A stretch of DNA of 63,840 nucleotides, the filler included, from Octopus bimaculoides (taxonomy: Eukaryota): NCBI RefSeq assembly GCF_001194135.2. It is 6 parts of 6 records of this genome, joined end to end, with 100 filler letters (N's around TTAATTAATTAA, not from the genome) between each part and the next. Parts side by side here need not be neighbours in the genome. Positions count along the whole stretch, not along the records: positions 1 to 23,026 come from NC_068983.1; 5 more parts are not named here. The stretch is one strand, 5' to 3'. Positions 1-11,599 of the stretch are shown piece by piece. Position 1 is the first letter of the stretch, and the number at the start of each line of letters is the position of its first letter. The notes under the pieces were generated by a model, which saw only the letters and a list, made by a program, of their open reading frames with translations, had not been told where the DNA came from and searched no databases. The translations under genes and the position numbers were made by a program.

Positions 1-790
1 GGTCTTTTCCGTAGGCTTTTCTTTCTACGGCTAAACCTAAACTGTCGTCCCCCACCTTTTTTCACGAGAACATTACTGTGATACACGATCCCTATTGATC
101 GCTTTTTTTTTTCTCTCGGTCCCTTTTGATCGAACTCCCCCCTTTTTTCCTTCCTACGATCCCTTTTGATCAACACCCACCCCTACTTTTGTTTCTCTCT
201 CTTCCTTCCCCCTCCTAAAAAGAAAAGCTCTACATTGTATTCGTCCCATCTTTGTTGAGCCCTGTGTGGCTAATAAAAGAAATCTATCTATCTGTCTGTC
301 TGTCTGTCCGTCTGTCCGTCTATCTCCACTCCTATCCCTTACCTCCATAAACTTTTTAGATCTTCTGAAACTTAAAAAATAAATAAATAAAGCTTTTGTA
401 ACGCTTGTAACTTTTGAAACTTTATAACTCTGAAACTTTTGAAATATTTGAAAATTTTCGAGATTTTGGGAATTGTTCTAAAAGCATTTCCTTCGAGGGT
501 TTTTGGAAGTTTATTAAGCTTTAAAATTTTTTTTCTTTTAGTAATTTCTTCTTTAAAAGATTTTTGAGATTTCTTAAGAAAAAACATTCTAAAAACTTTT
601 CACATATTTTTGTCTTCTTAATTACTTCTAGCTTCTTTTAACTTCTCTTAATTTATTCAGGTAAAGTATATCCTCTGTATTTCTTCCTCCTCCTTAACCT
701 TCGTAATCTCTCCTACTAAGCGCGTTTCCCTGATGTCTTACTATACCATATGTATGTATGCGTGTATGTATAAAGTTTTGCACAAAACTC

Positions 791-846
791 TAGGCCTTGA
801 ATTACTTATGTACCCTTATGTAGGCCTTGAATTACTTATGTACCTT
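791..846. repeat. 30-bp direct tandem duplication (TAGGCCTTGAATTACTTATGTACC...)
   Basis: Two adjacent near-identical units starting at 791 and 821. Confidence 0.9.
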
Positions 847-885
847 GTAAATAGATATACATATCAATATATGTGTGTGAGAGAA

Positions 886-889
<4 letters not shown>

Positions 890-977
<88 letters not shown>
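890..977. repeat. (GT)n microsatellite
   Basis: Directly visible; one of dozens of GT/CA, AT and GATA tracts in the window. Confidence 0.99.
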
Positions 978-978
<1 letters not shown>

Positions 979-1332
979 TATATATATCAGTATTTGTGTG
1001 TCCACCGATATAAAAGTATAATATCTTTAATCCATTTATAGAATTTCGTTACCCGTCTATCAAATTGCTCAGAGTTTTAATTGTTTGTATTTTTATGATT
1101 TTCGTGTAATAATACAAATAACATGTAGTGTGTGTTTTAAATTTGATTTGTTCGTTATTTTTTGTATCTGAAATACACTATTTAACTATTTCAATGCTGA
1201 CATTATTGTCAAACTGTTATCATAAAGTCTACATGATTATTTTCTAGTTCAAACTACTGAATTAAAAATAAGAAATCCGTGAAGCTACTTTATGTAAGTT
1301 GTCTATGGTAAAAAAAAAACCGACACGTGATT

Positions 1333-1410
1333 TAATCGACTTGGGGTCGATTTAATCGACTTGCCCCTTCCTCCAAAATTGCTGGCCTTGAGCCAAAATT
1401 TGAAACCAAT
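1333..1410 (+). mobile_element. SINE family A, 3' fragment
   Basis: GGGGTCGATTTAATCGACTT...GGCCTTG...AAATTTGAAACC matches the tails of other copies (7261-7392, 27742). Confidence 0.7.
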
Positions 1411-1428
1411 TTTATTGAATAATTCTAA

Positions 1429-1783
1429 GGTGGCGAGCTGGCAGAAACGTTATCTCGCCAGGCGAAATGCTTAGCGGTATTTCGTCTGCCGTTACGTTCT
1501 GAGTTCAAATTCTGCCGAGGTCAACTTTGCCTTTCATCCTATCAGGGTCGATAAATTAAGTACCAGTTACGCACTGGGGTCGATGTAATTGACTTAATCC
1601 CTTTGTCTGTCCTTGTTTGTCCCCTCTATGTTTAGCCCTTTGTGGGCAGTAAAGAAATAAGAAACGTTACCACGCCCAAAAATTGTTTAGCATTATTTCA
1701 TTCGACTTTACGTTCTGAGTGCAAATTCCGCCGAGGTCGACTTTGTCTTTCTTTCTTTCGGAGTCGATAAAATAAGTACCAGT
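1429..1783 (+). mobile_element. tRNA-derived SINE family A, dimeric copy (monomer 1429-1660 plus headless monomer 1661-1783 running into a gap)
   Basis: A-box-like TGGCGAGCTGG and B-box-like GAGTTCAAATTC; conserved core GCCTTTCATCC..GGGTCGATAAA..AGTACCAGT repeated more than 10 times in the window. Confidence 0.92.
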
Positions 1784-2535
1784 NNNNNNNNNNNNNNNNN
1801 NNNNNNNNNNNNNNNNNNNNNNNNNNNNNNNNNNNNNNNNNNNNNNNNNNNNNNNNNNNNNNNNNNNNNNNNNNNNNNNNNNNNNNNNNNNNNNNNNNNN
1901 NNNNNNNNNNNNNNNNNNNNNNNNNNNNNNNNNNNNNNNNNNNNNNNNNNNNNNNNNNNNNNNNNNNNNNNNNNNNNNNNNNNNNNNNNNNNNNNNNNNN
2001 NNNNNNNNNNNNNNNNNNNNNNNNNNNNNNNNNNNNNNNNNNNNNNNNNNNNNNNNNNNNNNNNNNNNNNNNNNNNNNNNNNNNNNNNNNNNNNNNNNNN
2101 NNNNNNNNNNNNNNNNNNNNNNNNNNNNNNNNNNNNNNNNNNNNNNNNNNNNNNNNNNNNNNNNNNNNNNNNNNNNNNNNNNNNNNNNNNNNNNNNNNNN
2201 NNNNNNNNNNNNNNNNNNNNNNNNNNNNNNNNNNNNNNNNNNNNNNNNNNNNNNNNNNNNNNNNNNNNNNNNNNNNNNNNNNNNNNNNNNNNNNNNNNNN
2301 NNNNNNNNNNNNNNNNNNNNNNNNNNNNNNNNNNNNNNNNNNNNNNNNNNNNNNNNNNNNNNNNNNNNNNNNNNNNNNNNNNNNNNNNNNNNNNNNNNNN
2401 NNNNNNNNNNNNNNNNNNNNNNNNNNNNNNNNNNNNNNNNNNNNNNNNNNNNNNNNNNNNNNNNNNNNNNNNNNNNNNNNNNNNNNNNNNNNNNNNNNNN
2501 NNATGTATATATATGTATATATATATATATGTATA

Positions 2536-2579
<44 letters not shown>

Positions 2580-4539
2580 GCAGAAGGTTCTGTCCAAAAC
2601 GTTAAGCTTCTTTCCTTCGTCGTCGTAAAACAACTTATTCCGTTTCGTTAATTGTATAACTTGTTCACTCTTGTGTATCGGCCATAGAATCAAAAATAGG
2701 GTTTATTGTTGTCGTTGATGATGATGATGAACATTTTTTTAGCCAAAGGTCAGTCCTAATAAAATAGTCCTACGATCAAACTATATTGAAGCCTTATCTA
2801 TCCTTTTTTTTATCCAGGCACAGTACATCCAAAACTACATTAACTTATATCTGTTTTTTCTTAAGGTTGTACGACGATACACTTTGATGTGAGATAACTT
2901 TAGTTCTTTCTATGTCCTTTTTCTCTTTTTCAGCTGCTTCTGTTAACCGATGAATCACTTCATTTCGAAACGTCAGAAGTCTTTTCATTATCTTCCAGTG
3001 TAAAACTACTGCAATACTTATTGCATATTCTGTTGTTTCCATCCATGTAGCTTATACACACATAGATACACATATATACATACATATACATGTCTGTGTG
3101 TGTGTATATATATATACTGTTTTTTTCTTTAATCGTACAAATACAAGAAGCAATCAGTACTATTTTGTAGTGAAATTGTGTAGAATGTGATGATGTATGT
3201 TTATTCATTTGCGAGATAATATGTAAGCGCTCATGCTGCCAACAATAATTCTATATCTTCTGATTCCAACCTGCTGACCAAAGGTCCGATCGAGCGAAAC
3301 CACTACCACTACTCAGGATTTAATCCCTGTTTACCTCATACATACATACATGCATATATACATACATACACATGTTTATCTCATATATATGCGTGTATAT
3401 GTATATATACATATANNNNNNNNNNNNNNNNNNNNNNNNNNNNNNNNNNNNNNNNNNNNNNNNNNNNNNNNNNNNNNNNNNNNNNNNNNNNNNNNNNNNN
3501 NNNNNNNNNNNNNNNNNNNNNNNNNNNNNNNNNNNNNNNNNNNNNNNNNNNNNNNNNNNNNNNNNNNNNNNNNNNNNNNNNNNNNNNNNNNNNNNNNNNN
3601 NNNNNNNNNNATATATATATATATAATTTACATATGTGTGTGCATGTGTGGGTGCGTGTATCTTTGTCTAGAGAAATGTGAGTTAAAACATCTAAATTAA
3701 GTTGTAAGGAATCGATAAAACATGTAGATGCAAATAGATAAATAATCAGACGCCTATATACGTACGTATACACATCTCTGTTTATTTATATTTATACAGA
3801 GACACACACATATAATTAAACATGTATGTATGTGTATATATATGTATTTATAAATGTATGTGTATGTGTGCGTGTGTGCGTGAGTGCGTGTGTGTGTGTG
3901 TGTATGTAGTTCATAGATGAGAATCAGATCTTCTCCGTATAGAGAAGTAGTGCTCAAGAGGTTTAAACTTGAGCGGGTTGAGAAGCGAATGTAAGGATAA
4001 GCAAGTTGGACCGGTCAATACAGAAAGTATTTCAAATGCATGAAATACAAAAAATGTACTGTATACATTTTTACATACAAAAAGGTCCGACTTACACGGA
4101 ATAGAAATGATATCAAGAATTAGAGGTTGAAGAATAGTATTACAAATCCAAAGGCTGTTTCTGGAGGCTCGGTGGTCCCAAATATTGTTTGTAGATTGAT
4201 TCCTTCGTCGGATGAGACCGGCCTACGTCTTCAGGGAAGAGATCTTACATATGAGGGCTAAGTTTATTAGAGGGATGAATTGGCGGGGGAGGGGGTATCC
4301 AGAAAAGTAATAGTGAGAGGAGAAAATAATTTCAAGAGTTAAGGGTTTATAAGTTAGGGGTTTGTAAGGAGGCTAGTAGGGAATTGTCGTAGTAGAGGTG
4401 GAAAGTAAGAGGAAGATGGGAGGGTGATTTAATTAGTATGTGGATGGTAGTCCCTTTTGTTAGTTTGTATGAAGGCTATAGAATTAATGGTTAAGATAGT
4501 GAGAAAAGGAATAGCCTAACTTGCATATCCATACAGTTA

Positions 4540-4570
<31 letters not shown>

Positions 4571-4574
4571 GAGG

Positions 4575-4690
4575 AGAGGAGGAGACCCCTTCGGTTAGGA
4601 ATGATCATGGGATTGCACCTAGAAAGTTACCCTCCGAAGCACAAGTCCGGGCAAGGTTGTTTATGGAAAGCCAGCAGCGCCCATGCATAT
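4575..4690 (+). mobile_element. Probable interspersed-repeat fragment (retroposon UTR-like)
   Basis: GC-richer island between microsatellites; resembles from memory a common octopus repeat. Single copy here, so not verifiable in-window. Confidence 0.35.
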
Positions 4691-4839
4691 TTATGTGTAT
4701 ATATACACATATTCACATAAACCCTCCCCACAAGCACACACAAATACAGACACATGAAATCAAACACAGTCTCAATTACACCTACGCCTGTGAGAGAAGG
4801 AAAGTGGGGAGAGAAAAGAGATAGATAGATAGATAGATG

Positions 4840-4885
<46 letters not shown>

Positions 4886-5138
4886 CATAATGACAGGTGT
4901 AGGTTTAAGTGTTGAGACTGCGTTTGATTTCATGTGTCTGTATTTGTGTGTGCGTGTGGGGAGGGTGTATGTGGATGCGTGTATGTATATACATAAATAT
5001 GCACCTGTCCTTCCATTCTTTCAGCTTTTCAATCTCCCTTTGCTCCCATTGCTTCCATTTTAACTTACACTCTCTTGTTTCTCTGTCATTCCCTTTGTAC
5101 CTATACATATACATACATACATATGCATACATATATAT

Positions 5139-5207
<69 letters not shown>

Positions 5208-5507
5208 TATCCGCTATCTATCTCTATCCTATTCTCACTCTTTTTCTCACCCTTTCTCTCTCACACCCAACACATTAACACGTATGCATACTTGGCATAA
5301 TTTACCTGCATAATATGTTTTGCCTGCATATTTTGTACACATGCCTCCTATGCATTCATATTTAATAGACACATTATTCACTTCGTCCAACGAATCAATT
5401 TCTCGTTTTAACAACTTAATTAACCTCGTGTTTACACTTCCTTCTCCATTAAGTAGCAATAGCTCTGTTTTTGTTTTAGCTGATGGGGATTACCATCTGT
5501 AGCAGGT

Positions 5508-5509
<2 letters not shown>

Positions 5510-5593
<84 letters not shown>
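5510..5593. repeat. (CAT)n microsatellite
   Basis: Directly visible; explains the poly-His ORF 5483-5674. Confidence 0.99.
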
Positions 5594-5600
5594 AATATAA

Positions 5601-5820
5601 GGTGGCGAGCTGGCAGAATCGCTAGCATGACATGCGAAATGTTTAGTGGTATTTCGTCTGCCGCTACGTTCTGAGTTCCAATTCCGCCGAAGTCGACTTT
5701 ACCTTTCATCCTTTCGGGGTCGATAAATTAAGTACCAGTTGAGTACTGAGGTTCATGAAATCCAGTATCACCCCACCCATATTTCAAGCCTTGTGTCTGT
5801 AATAGAAAGGATTATTATTG
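5601..5820 (+). mobile_element. SINE family A, full-length
   Basis: Head GGTGGCGAGCTGGCAGAATC, core and tail ending AGAAAGGATTATTATT. Confidence 0.92.
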
Positions 5821-6039
5821 TTGTTGTTGTTGTTGTTGTTGCTATTCATGCTGTGCTCGAATGTCTTTACATTCGGAATCATTGTCCTTGATACCGGTCG
5901 CAACCAGTTCCCTTAGATATCGAGGACCCTTTTTTCTTTGTTGTTACCAATAGAGCAGACTTTTAAAGTAATGCAACTCTCGCAGTTATTGTTATTATTA
6001 TTCCCCCAAATTTCAGGCCTTGTGCCTATAGCAGAAAGG

Positions 6040-6093
<54 letters not shown>

Positions 6094-6790
6094 GTTCAGT
6101 AGTTTCATTTTTATAACGTGCTTTCATTTCAATACCGAGCGCAGCTCTGTGTGCCTTGGGTATGTGCTGTGGTTTGCTGTGATGCTCTTATGGTTACTGT
6201 ATTGAAAGTGTTTTGCGTAGGGTGTGTACAGTGCCCAGTAGTGCAATTTTCTGTATGTTATATATAATTGTAAGTCCTGGTGTTTTTGTTATGTATTTGT
6301 CTGAATATTTTTTTTATTTGGATTTCCTTGATACATGGTTCTCCTGAGATGTTGTCTAAGTGTTTCTGACAGCCCTCTTTTAATCATACCTCTGCTTTAA
6401 GATACTGTCCTACCCTATCGTGGCGATTTTTGTATTCATGTCAGCACATAACATCCCGAGACGAGAGGGTCTATTGTTTCGTCAAATGTATTGCAGAATC
6501 TGAATTCAGGGTCAGAACCGTTTTGGAGAACGTTAGCCTGGTAATTTCTAGTAAGCCACTGATAGGTTGTTGCTTGGACTACATCAGCATTTTGGCTTCG
6601 AAGAATGTATTGTCCATGTAGGGGCTTTTGGCTCCACCGCTTCACAATTTGTTCCTGCCCGTTCTTTTTCGCAGTCTGCTTCATTCTTTTTCTTTGCTTG
6701 GTAGCAGAGGTTTCAAGCTCTTCATCTAATTCAGGGTTAGTGCCGAGTGCCCTTTCGAATTTATAAGCTTCATTGACAATAGAGTGTAAC
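6040..6790 (-). mobile_element. R4/Dong-like RLE non-LTR retrotransposon, decayed 3' portion with (TAA)n tail
   Basis: Minus-strand translation gives KPLHGQY, TRNYQ..(C)RFC..FDETIDPLVSGC (CCHC knuckle), EYKNRHDRVGQYL and KIALLGTVHTLRKTL*, followed by a 3'UTR and a TAA tail. Confidence 0.88.
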
Positions 6791-6792
6791 TG

Positions 6793-6867
<75 letters not shown>
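6793..6867. repeat. (ATT)n microsatellite
   Basis: Directly visible; flanks the 5' side of the RLE fragment. Confidence 0.99.
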
Positions 6868-7009
6868 TTATGTTTGACTTTTGTTTTGCATTTGTACAAG
6901 TTGGATCCAAGTCTCACCCAGAGACCTCAAGAGACAACAAGTTAGAAGTTCATTATTATTACTATTGTTGTTGTTGTTGTTGTTGTTGTTATTATTATTA
7001 TTATTGTTA

Positions 7010-7260
7010 TTTTTATTATTGCCTTTGCACAGCTTCTAACGCTGGAGATGTACTATGGTCTCAGATGTTCACTACCAGTGAACTAAGGTAACACCTCTTA
7101 TTTTTTGAGCACCTTCCGGAGTATTCGAGCGGTTCCACGCAGTGCTGTTTTCTGCAAGTGCTCCACCCTTATTGCAGCCCCTATTTGGTCCATGTACTTC
7201 TCGAGATTTTTACTCACTGTTACCAGGACTCCGATAACTATTGGTACCACTACCACCTTC
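7010..7260 (-). mobile_element. Second R4/Dong-like RLE element, extreme 3' end
   Basis: KVVVVPIVIGVLVTVSKNLEKYMDQIGAAIRVEHLQKTALRGTARILRKVLKK* is a typical RLE C-terminus; followed by a short UTR and a TAA tail. Confidence 0.88.
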
Positions 7261-7392
7261 CGTCGAGGTCGAATTTGCCTTTCATCCTCTCGGGGTCGAT
7301 AAAATACGTACCAGTTGAGCACTGGGATTGATGTAATCGACTTACCCCTCCCCCCGAATTCGTTGACCTTGTACCAAAGTTTGAAACCATTA
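7261..7392 (+). mobile_element. SINE family A, 3' half
   Basis: GAGGTCGAATTTGCCTTTCATCC...AAGTTTGAAACC. Confidence 0.88.
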
Positions 7393-8149
7393 TCATTGTT
7401 GTTACTCAATCCACTATTTTTCTACAATTCAAGGAGGATATATTTACGATTTTAATATGCCTTGAAATTCTCTGACGTTTTGTGTTTTATCTGGGATGAA
7501 TACAGAATAGCATCTTTGTTTGGTCGATTTGTTTGTTTTGTTCTTTGTATCTTTTTCTTTCAAATTCTAGTTTCCTAAATATTCCCATATGCCAGCTTTA
7601 TATTCCTCTAAACTTTATCGAATAACTCGAAATATTATTTCGCCGTAAATAACCTTTTAATTTAGGTGACCGCGAATATGCTCCCCGAAGGAGTTAAAAA
7701 TGAAAATGAATGATATAATCTGTTAGAATCTTTGTTTGTTTCAATTTTTAATTCTTCTGATATATTTCATTGGAAAATAAGTGATAAAAAAAATATACAA
7801 AATGTGTTTTTAAAAAAAAACCAGGTGATTTAGTATGGAAGGAAAAAAAAACAAACATTATTTTGATTAACAATTCGTTAACGTATTCCACTTGAGTTCT
7901 GTATATAGCAATCCAAATATTATTAATGTATAAAATATACCCTCGGCTCTTTCGAAATGGCAGTTCCTGTAATGTGTAAATTTAAAATATTCAAATGTCA
8001 ATAAACCGTGAAGTAAATTAAACCGTTTCTCGAATTACTTCAGCCATATAATAGCGATTTCCTTTCGTCATTATATTCATTATTTTCGGTTGAAATAAAT
8101 CCATTATATATATCTTCTATTATATCTAATTAGTTGAAGATATAGAGTT

Positions 8150-9560
8150 AGCGCCTAATATTTATGTAGGCTCATACAAGCTGATGAGATGGAATGTGAG
8201 TGATCATTCAATAGGCGGTTATAGAAAAACCATAGTCAGGGAGGAAATTTTAGCAATCGTCATCTCTGAGAAATAATAATTAAGCTGTTTTGGATAGATG
8301 TGTATCTCACTTTTTTCTTTACAATCAATTTATATTTTTTTGCCATTTTTACTCGCGTCGGTAACATCGAACGAGGTGTAACAGTTCCGTATTATGGACA
8401 TTAGTAGAAGTAATACTTTGTAACGATTTAATTGTGAATCGGTTGAGATTTTTGTAAAGATAAAGTATTGTAGTAAGGTGATGATGAGACGAAAGGAAAA
8501 GTTGACTGGAGTGAGAACATGATTTTTAGTTCAAAGGAGCTGTTGTAGTATCGGTAGAAAATGCAGAAGAAAGAAACAATGTGATTGTGAATAAGTGGTG
8601 GGGATTGTTGCTCACTGAATCTTTGGTTGTTGATCAGTTGAACGGTGATATTATTGATCTGGTCGAGAATAGGTGAATTGTAGTCTATACCTTATTTGAC
8701 TTTTAAAGAGGCCTAGAATTATTGAGAACTCTAATATTTTCTCACCGTGATGAAGAAATGTTAAACTTTGTGATATAATTTTGACAGGGTTATATATCGC
8801 GGTCATCATGAGAGATCGTCAGAAACAGTGAGGCTTTGCCAGTATTTTTTGTGATATTAGAGATTTTAATTGTTATTTGTAAATAGAGTGGGTATTTGCT
8901 TTTTTGATATGTATAGATAAGCTGCTATTGTGTCTTTGTGATGTTAAAGAAGACTAGTTTGTCATATTTTTAATAGAAAAAGTTATTGAAATCAGGAGGC
9001 AACGTAAATCGTATGAGTGTTTAGGCTGCATATAATGACGCCTGCGTAGCGAAGATTCAAGAATGGTGGCATATTATCCGTATAATTGGATGTTGTAAGA
9101 AATAAAAGCAAATATGACATCAATAGATAGAATGGTGGATATAAAATCAAGCATTGAGGCGCTCAAGAAATCATAAAATGTTATTCAGACAAACCATATC
9201 AGCGTATATGGTATTGATGAACCTTAAACATGGACTGAAAGCCAAATGGAATCAAATGTTGGACAGATTAACTAAGAGACAAAACACACAAGACAAAACG
9301 AAGTTTTTGTTGATGTCAAAAATAATAGAATTACTTCCAACGAATTTGTTGAAGGCGAGAGACTACTGATGTTTAAAGTAACTATCCGGTAGAGATGACC
9401 CAATAGCAACCATATTCATCCTCAGTTAGTAGGGGGAAACTCAAAGCAATAACGAAGGTTGCTGGAGATGACTGTGTTCTATTAAATTCTCAGGGAAATT
9501 CACAAAAAAATCAACAGAATATATCTTAAATCATAATGATCGAAGTATAACTTACTTTAA
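8150..9560 (-). mobile_element. Highly decayed L2/CR1-like LINE reverse-transcriptase region
   Basis: Manual minus-strand reading gives, in the correct order: LLVNLSNI..LRFINTI..VCLNNI; APQCLILYPPFYLLMSYL (PQG-like); LRYAGVII (YADD-like); FNITKTQ (N..KT); KYWQSLTVSDDLS**PRYI (KYLG..D.LSW..HI-like). Many stops; boundaries approximate. Confidence 0.65.
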
Positions 9561-9599
9561 GGACTTGCTGAATAATTATAAGTAATTTTCCTTTCGTTT

Positions 9600-9815
9600 G
9601 TTAGTATTAACATGTGTATAAAAGCAGCAAAAACCGTTACTCACAAAAACCGTTACTCACAAAAACCGTTACTCAGTTTCCCGTTCCCGTTCGTTGGACA
9701 GTTTTGTTTAGGTTCTAAACAAAACTGTCCGACGAATGGGAATGTGAAACTCTGAGTAACAGGTTTTGTGATATTTTTGCTGCTTTTTAATAAAGCATAT
9801 TACTCTACCTCTGGT
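9600..9815. repeat. Fold-back (hairpin) element with an internal 16-bp triplication
   Basis: Core arms 9662-9711 and 9715-9767 are reverse-complementary around a ~3-nt loop; outer arms AAAAGCAGCAAAAA / TTTTTGCTGCTTTT; AAAAACCGTTACTCAC repeated at 9629, 9645 and 9661. Confidence 0.9.
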
Positions 9816-9863
9816 ATTCGAGTACTAATTTTTCCACCGTGTTTCACATTTATGTGCTTACTC

Positions 9864-9895
<32 letters not shown>

Positions 9896-10891
9896 NNNNN
9901 NNNNNNNNNNNNNNNNNNNNNNNNNNNNNNNNNNNNNNNNNNNNNNNNNNNNNNNNNNNNNNNNNNNNNNNNNNNNNNNNNNNNNNNNNNNNNNNNNNNN
10001 NNNNNNNNNNNNNNNNNNNNNNNNNNNNNNNNNNNNNNNNNNNNNNNNNNNNNNNNNNNNNNNNNNNNNNNNNNNNNNNNNNNNNNNNNNNNNNNNNNNN
10101 NNNNNNNNNNNNNNNNNNNNNNNNNNNNNNNNNNNNNNNNNNNNNNNNNNNNNNNNNNNNNNNNNNNNNNNNNNNNNNNNNNNNNNNNNNNNNNNNNNNN
10201 NNNNNNNNNNNNNNNNNNNNNNNNNNNNNNNNNNNNNNNNNNNNNNNNNNNNNNNNNNNNNNNNNNNNNNNNNNNNNNNNNNNNNNNNNNNNNNNNNNNN
10301 NNNNNNNNNNNNNNNNNNNNNNNNNNNNNNNNNNNNNNNNNNNNNTATATATATATAGCAGGAGGGATGGAGAGAGAGAGATGCATACATACACACGTGT
10401 ACAATGGTGTGTGGGTAAATAATGTGTATGTAAATGATAGTTTACAGATAACCAATTCATACTCACTCATGCATATATATATATAAGAATGAGTAAAGAT
10501 GTTTTTTTTTTTTGAGGGAATAATTATTTTAATCTTAATAATAATGTTTACAGTGAGTTACTTTGATATGAGTTTCGAGCTTCAAGTAACCATTTTCAAA
10601 CTGAAAAATGTGTTTTACTGGTTACTTAAATAGCAAAAGATTTATGTATATAAATGTATATAAACATATATACATATGCAGATAGATAAACAGATAGATA
10701 GACACATACATCCGTTAGTTTATGCCGAGTGAGAGGAGTGATCAATACATAATGTAGAGGATATGGTTTGTTTATTGAAACTGAAACTGACAGTTTGTAC
10801 CTCAGAAGATCGTAGTGGTGTGAAATTCAAGTCACAAGACAAACCCTTTGTTTCAGTTTCAATAGAAAAAATGTGTGTGTATGTATGTACG

Positions 10892-10945
<54 letters not shown>

Positions 10946-11599
10946 GTGTGTGTGTGTTTTGTGTGTGTAAGTGTGTGTAAGTGTAAGCGTCATATCTGCA
11001 TAACGACAATTAGACCTGTTAAACTATAATTACCTACAAAACATTATATTCTTATAATTATAATTATATCAAACTCTTAAAGCATAAGGAACCAAAACAG
11101 CATACAAAACTTACACTATTCTAAATATAAACCTAAGATAACAATAACAGCAGAGACGTTAAGGAAAGTATCAACACAACCGAGAGACCTCCCTCCTCAG
11201 CTGTCAAATACCCTTAGAAAATATAGTCTAATGCTGTTTGGGAGTGTACAAAGATTTATTTTATATCAAAAGCAATCATTACCTCCAGCTTAACGTGAAG
11301 ATTGTGTTAGAACACAGACTAACACATTATTTACCTTGAGAGGACCTCTCATATAGACTCCTGGTGCATAAAAGCACTCACATCTATATCGTTGACAGAT
11401 GAGAGCTGTCTGGTACCACTGCTGGAACTGATAGGTCACGTGATTTCGCCCTGTTTGGGTTCCTCAATGTATACTCGTGTGGATACGATTAGAGATTTTA
11501 GAAAAACAAAATTTTGTTTGTCCTATCATTTTTTCCATTCAGGTCGATAAAACAAGTTTCTCCGTGGCTAGTAAGTATATAATAGTCAGTTACGTAAGT

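Noticed and set aside
1698-2693. Long ORFs containing X runs (also 9768-10486, 21634-22630, 23844-24674, 53144-54202, 62262-63119)
   Set aside because: Open only because they cross N gaps and microsatellites.
7683-7698. 16-mer CCCCGAAGGAGTTAAA shared with 42310
   Set aside because: One 16-mer match is within chance expectation for a window of this size and the flanks do not align.
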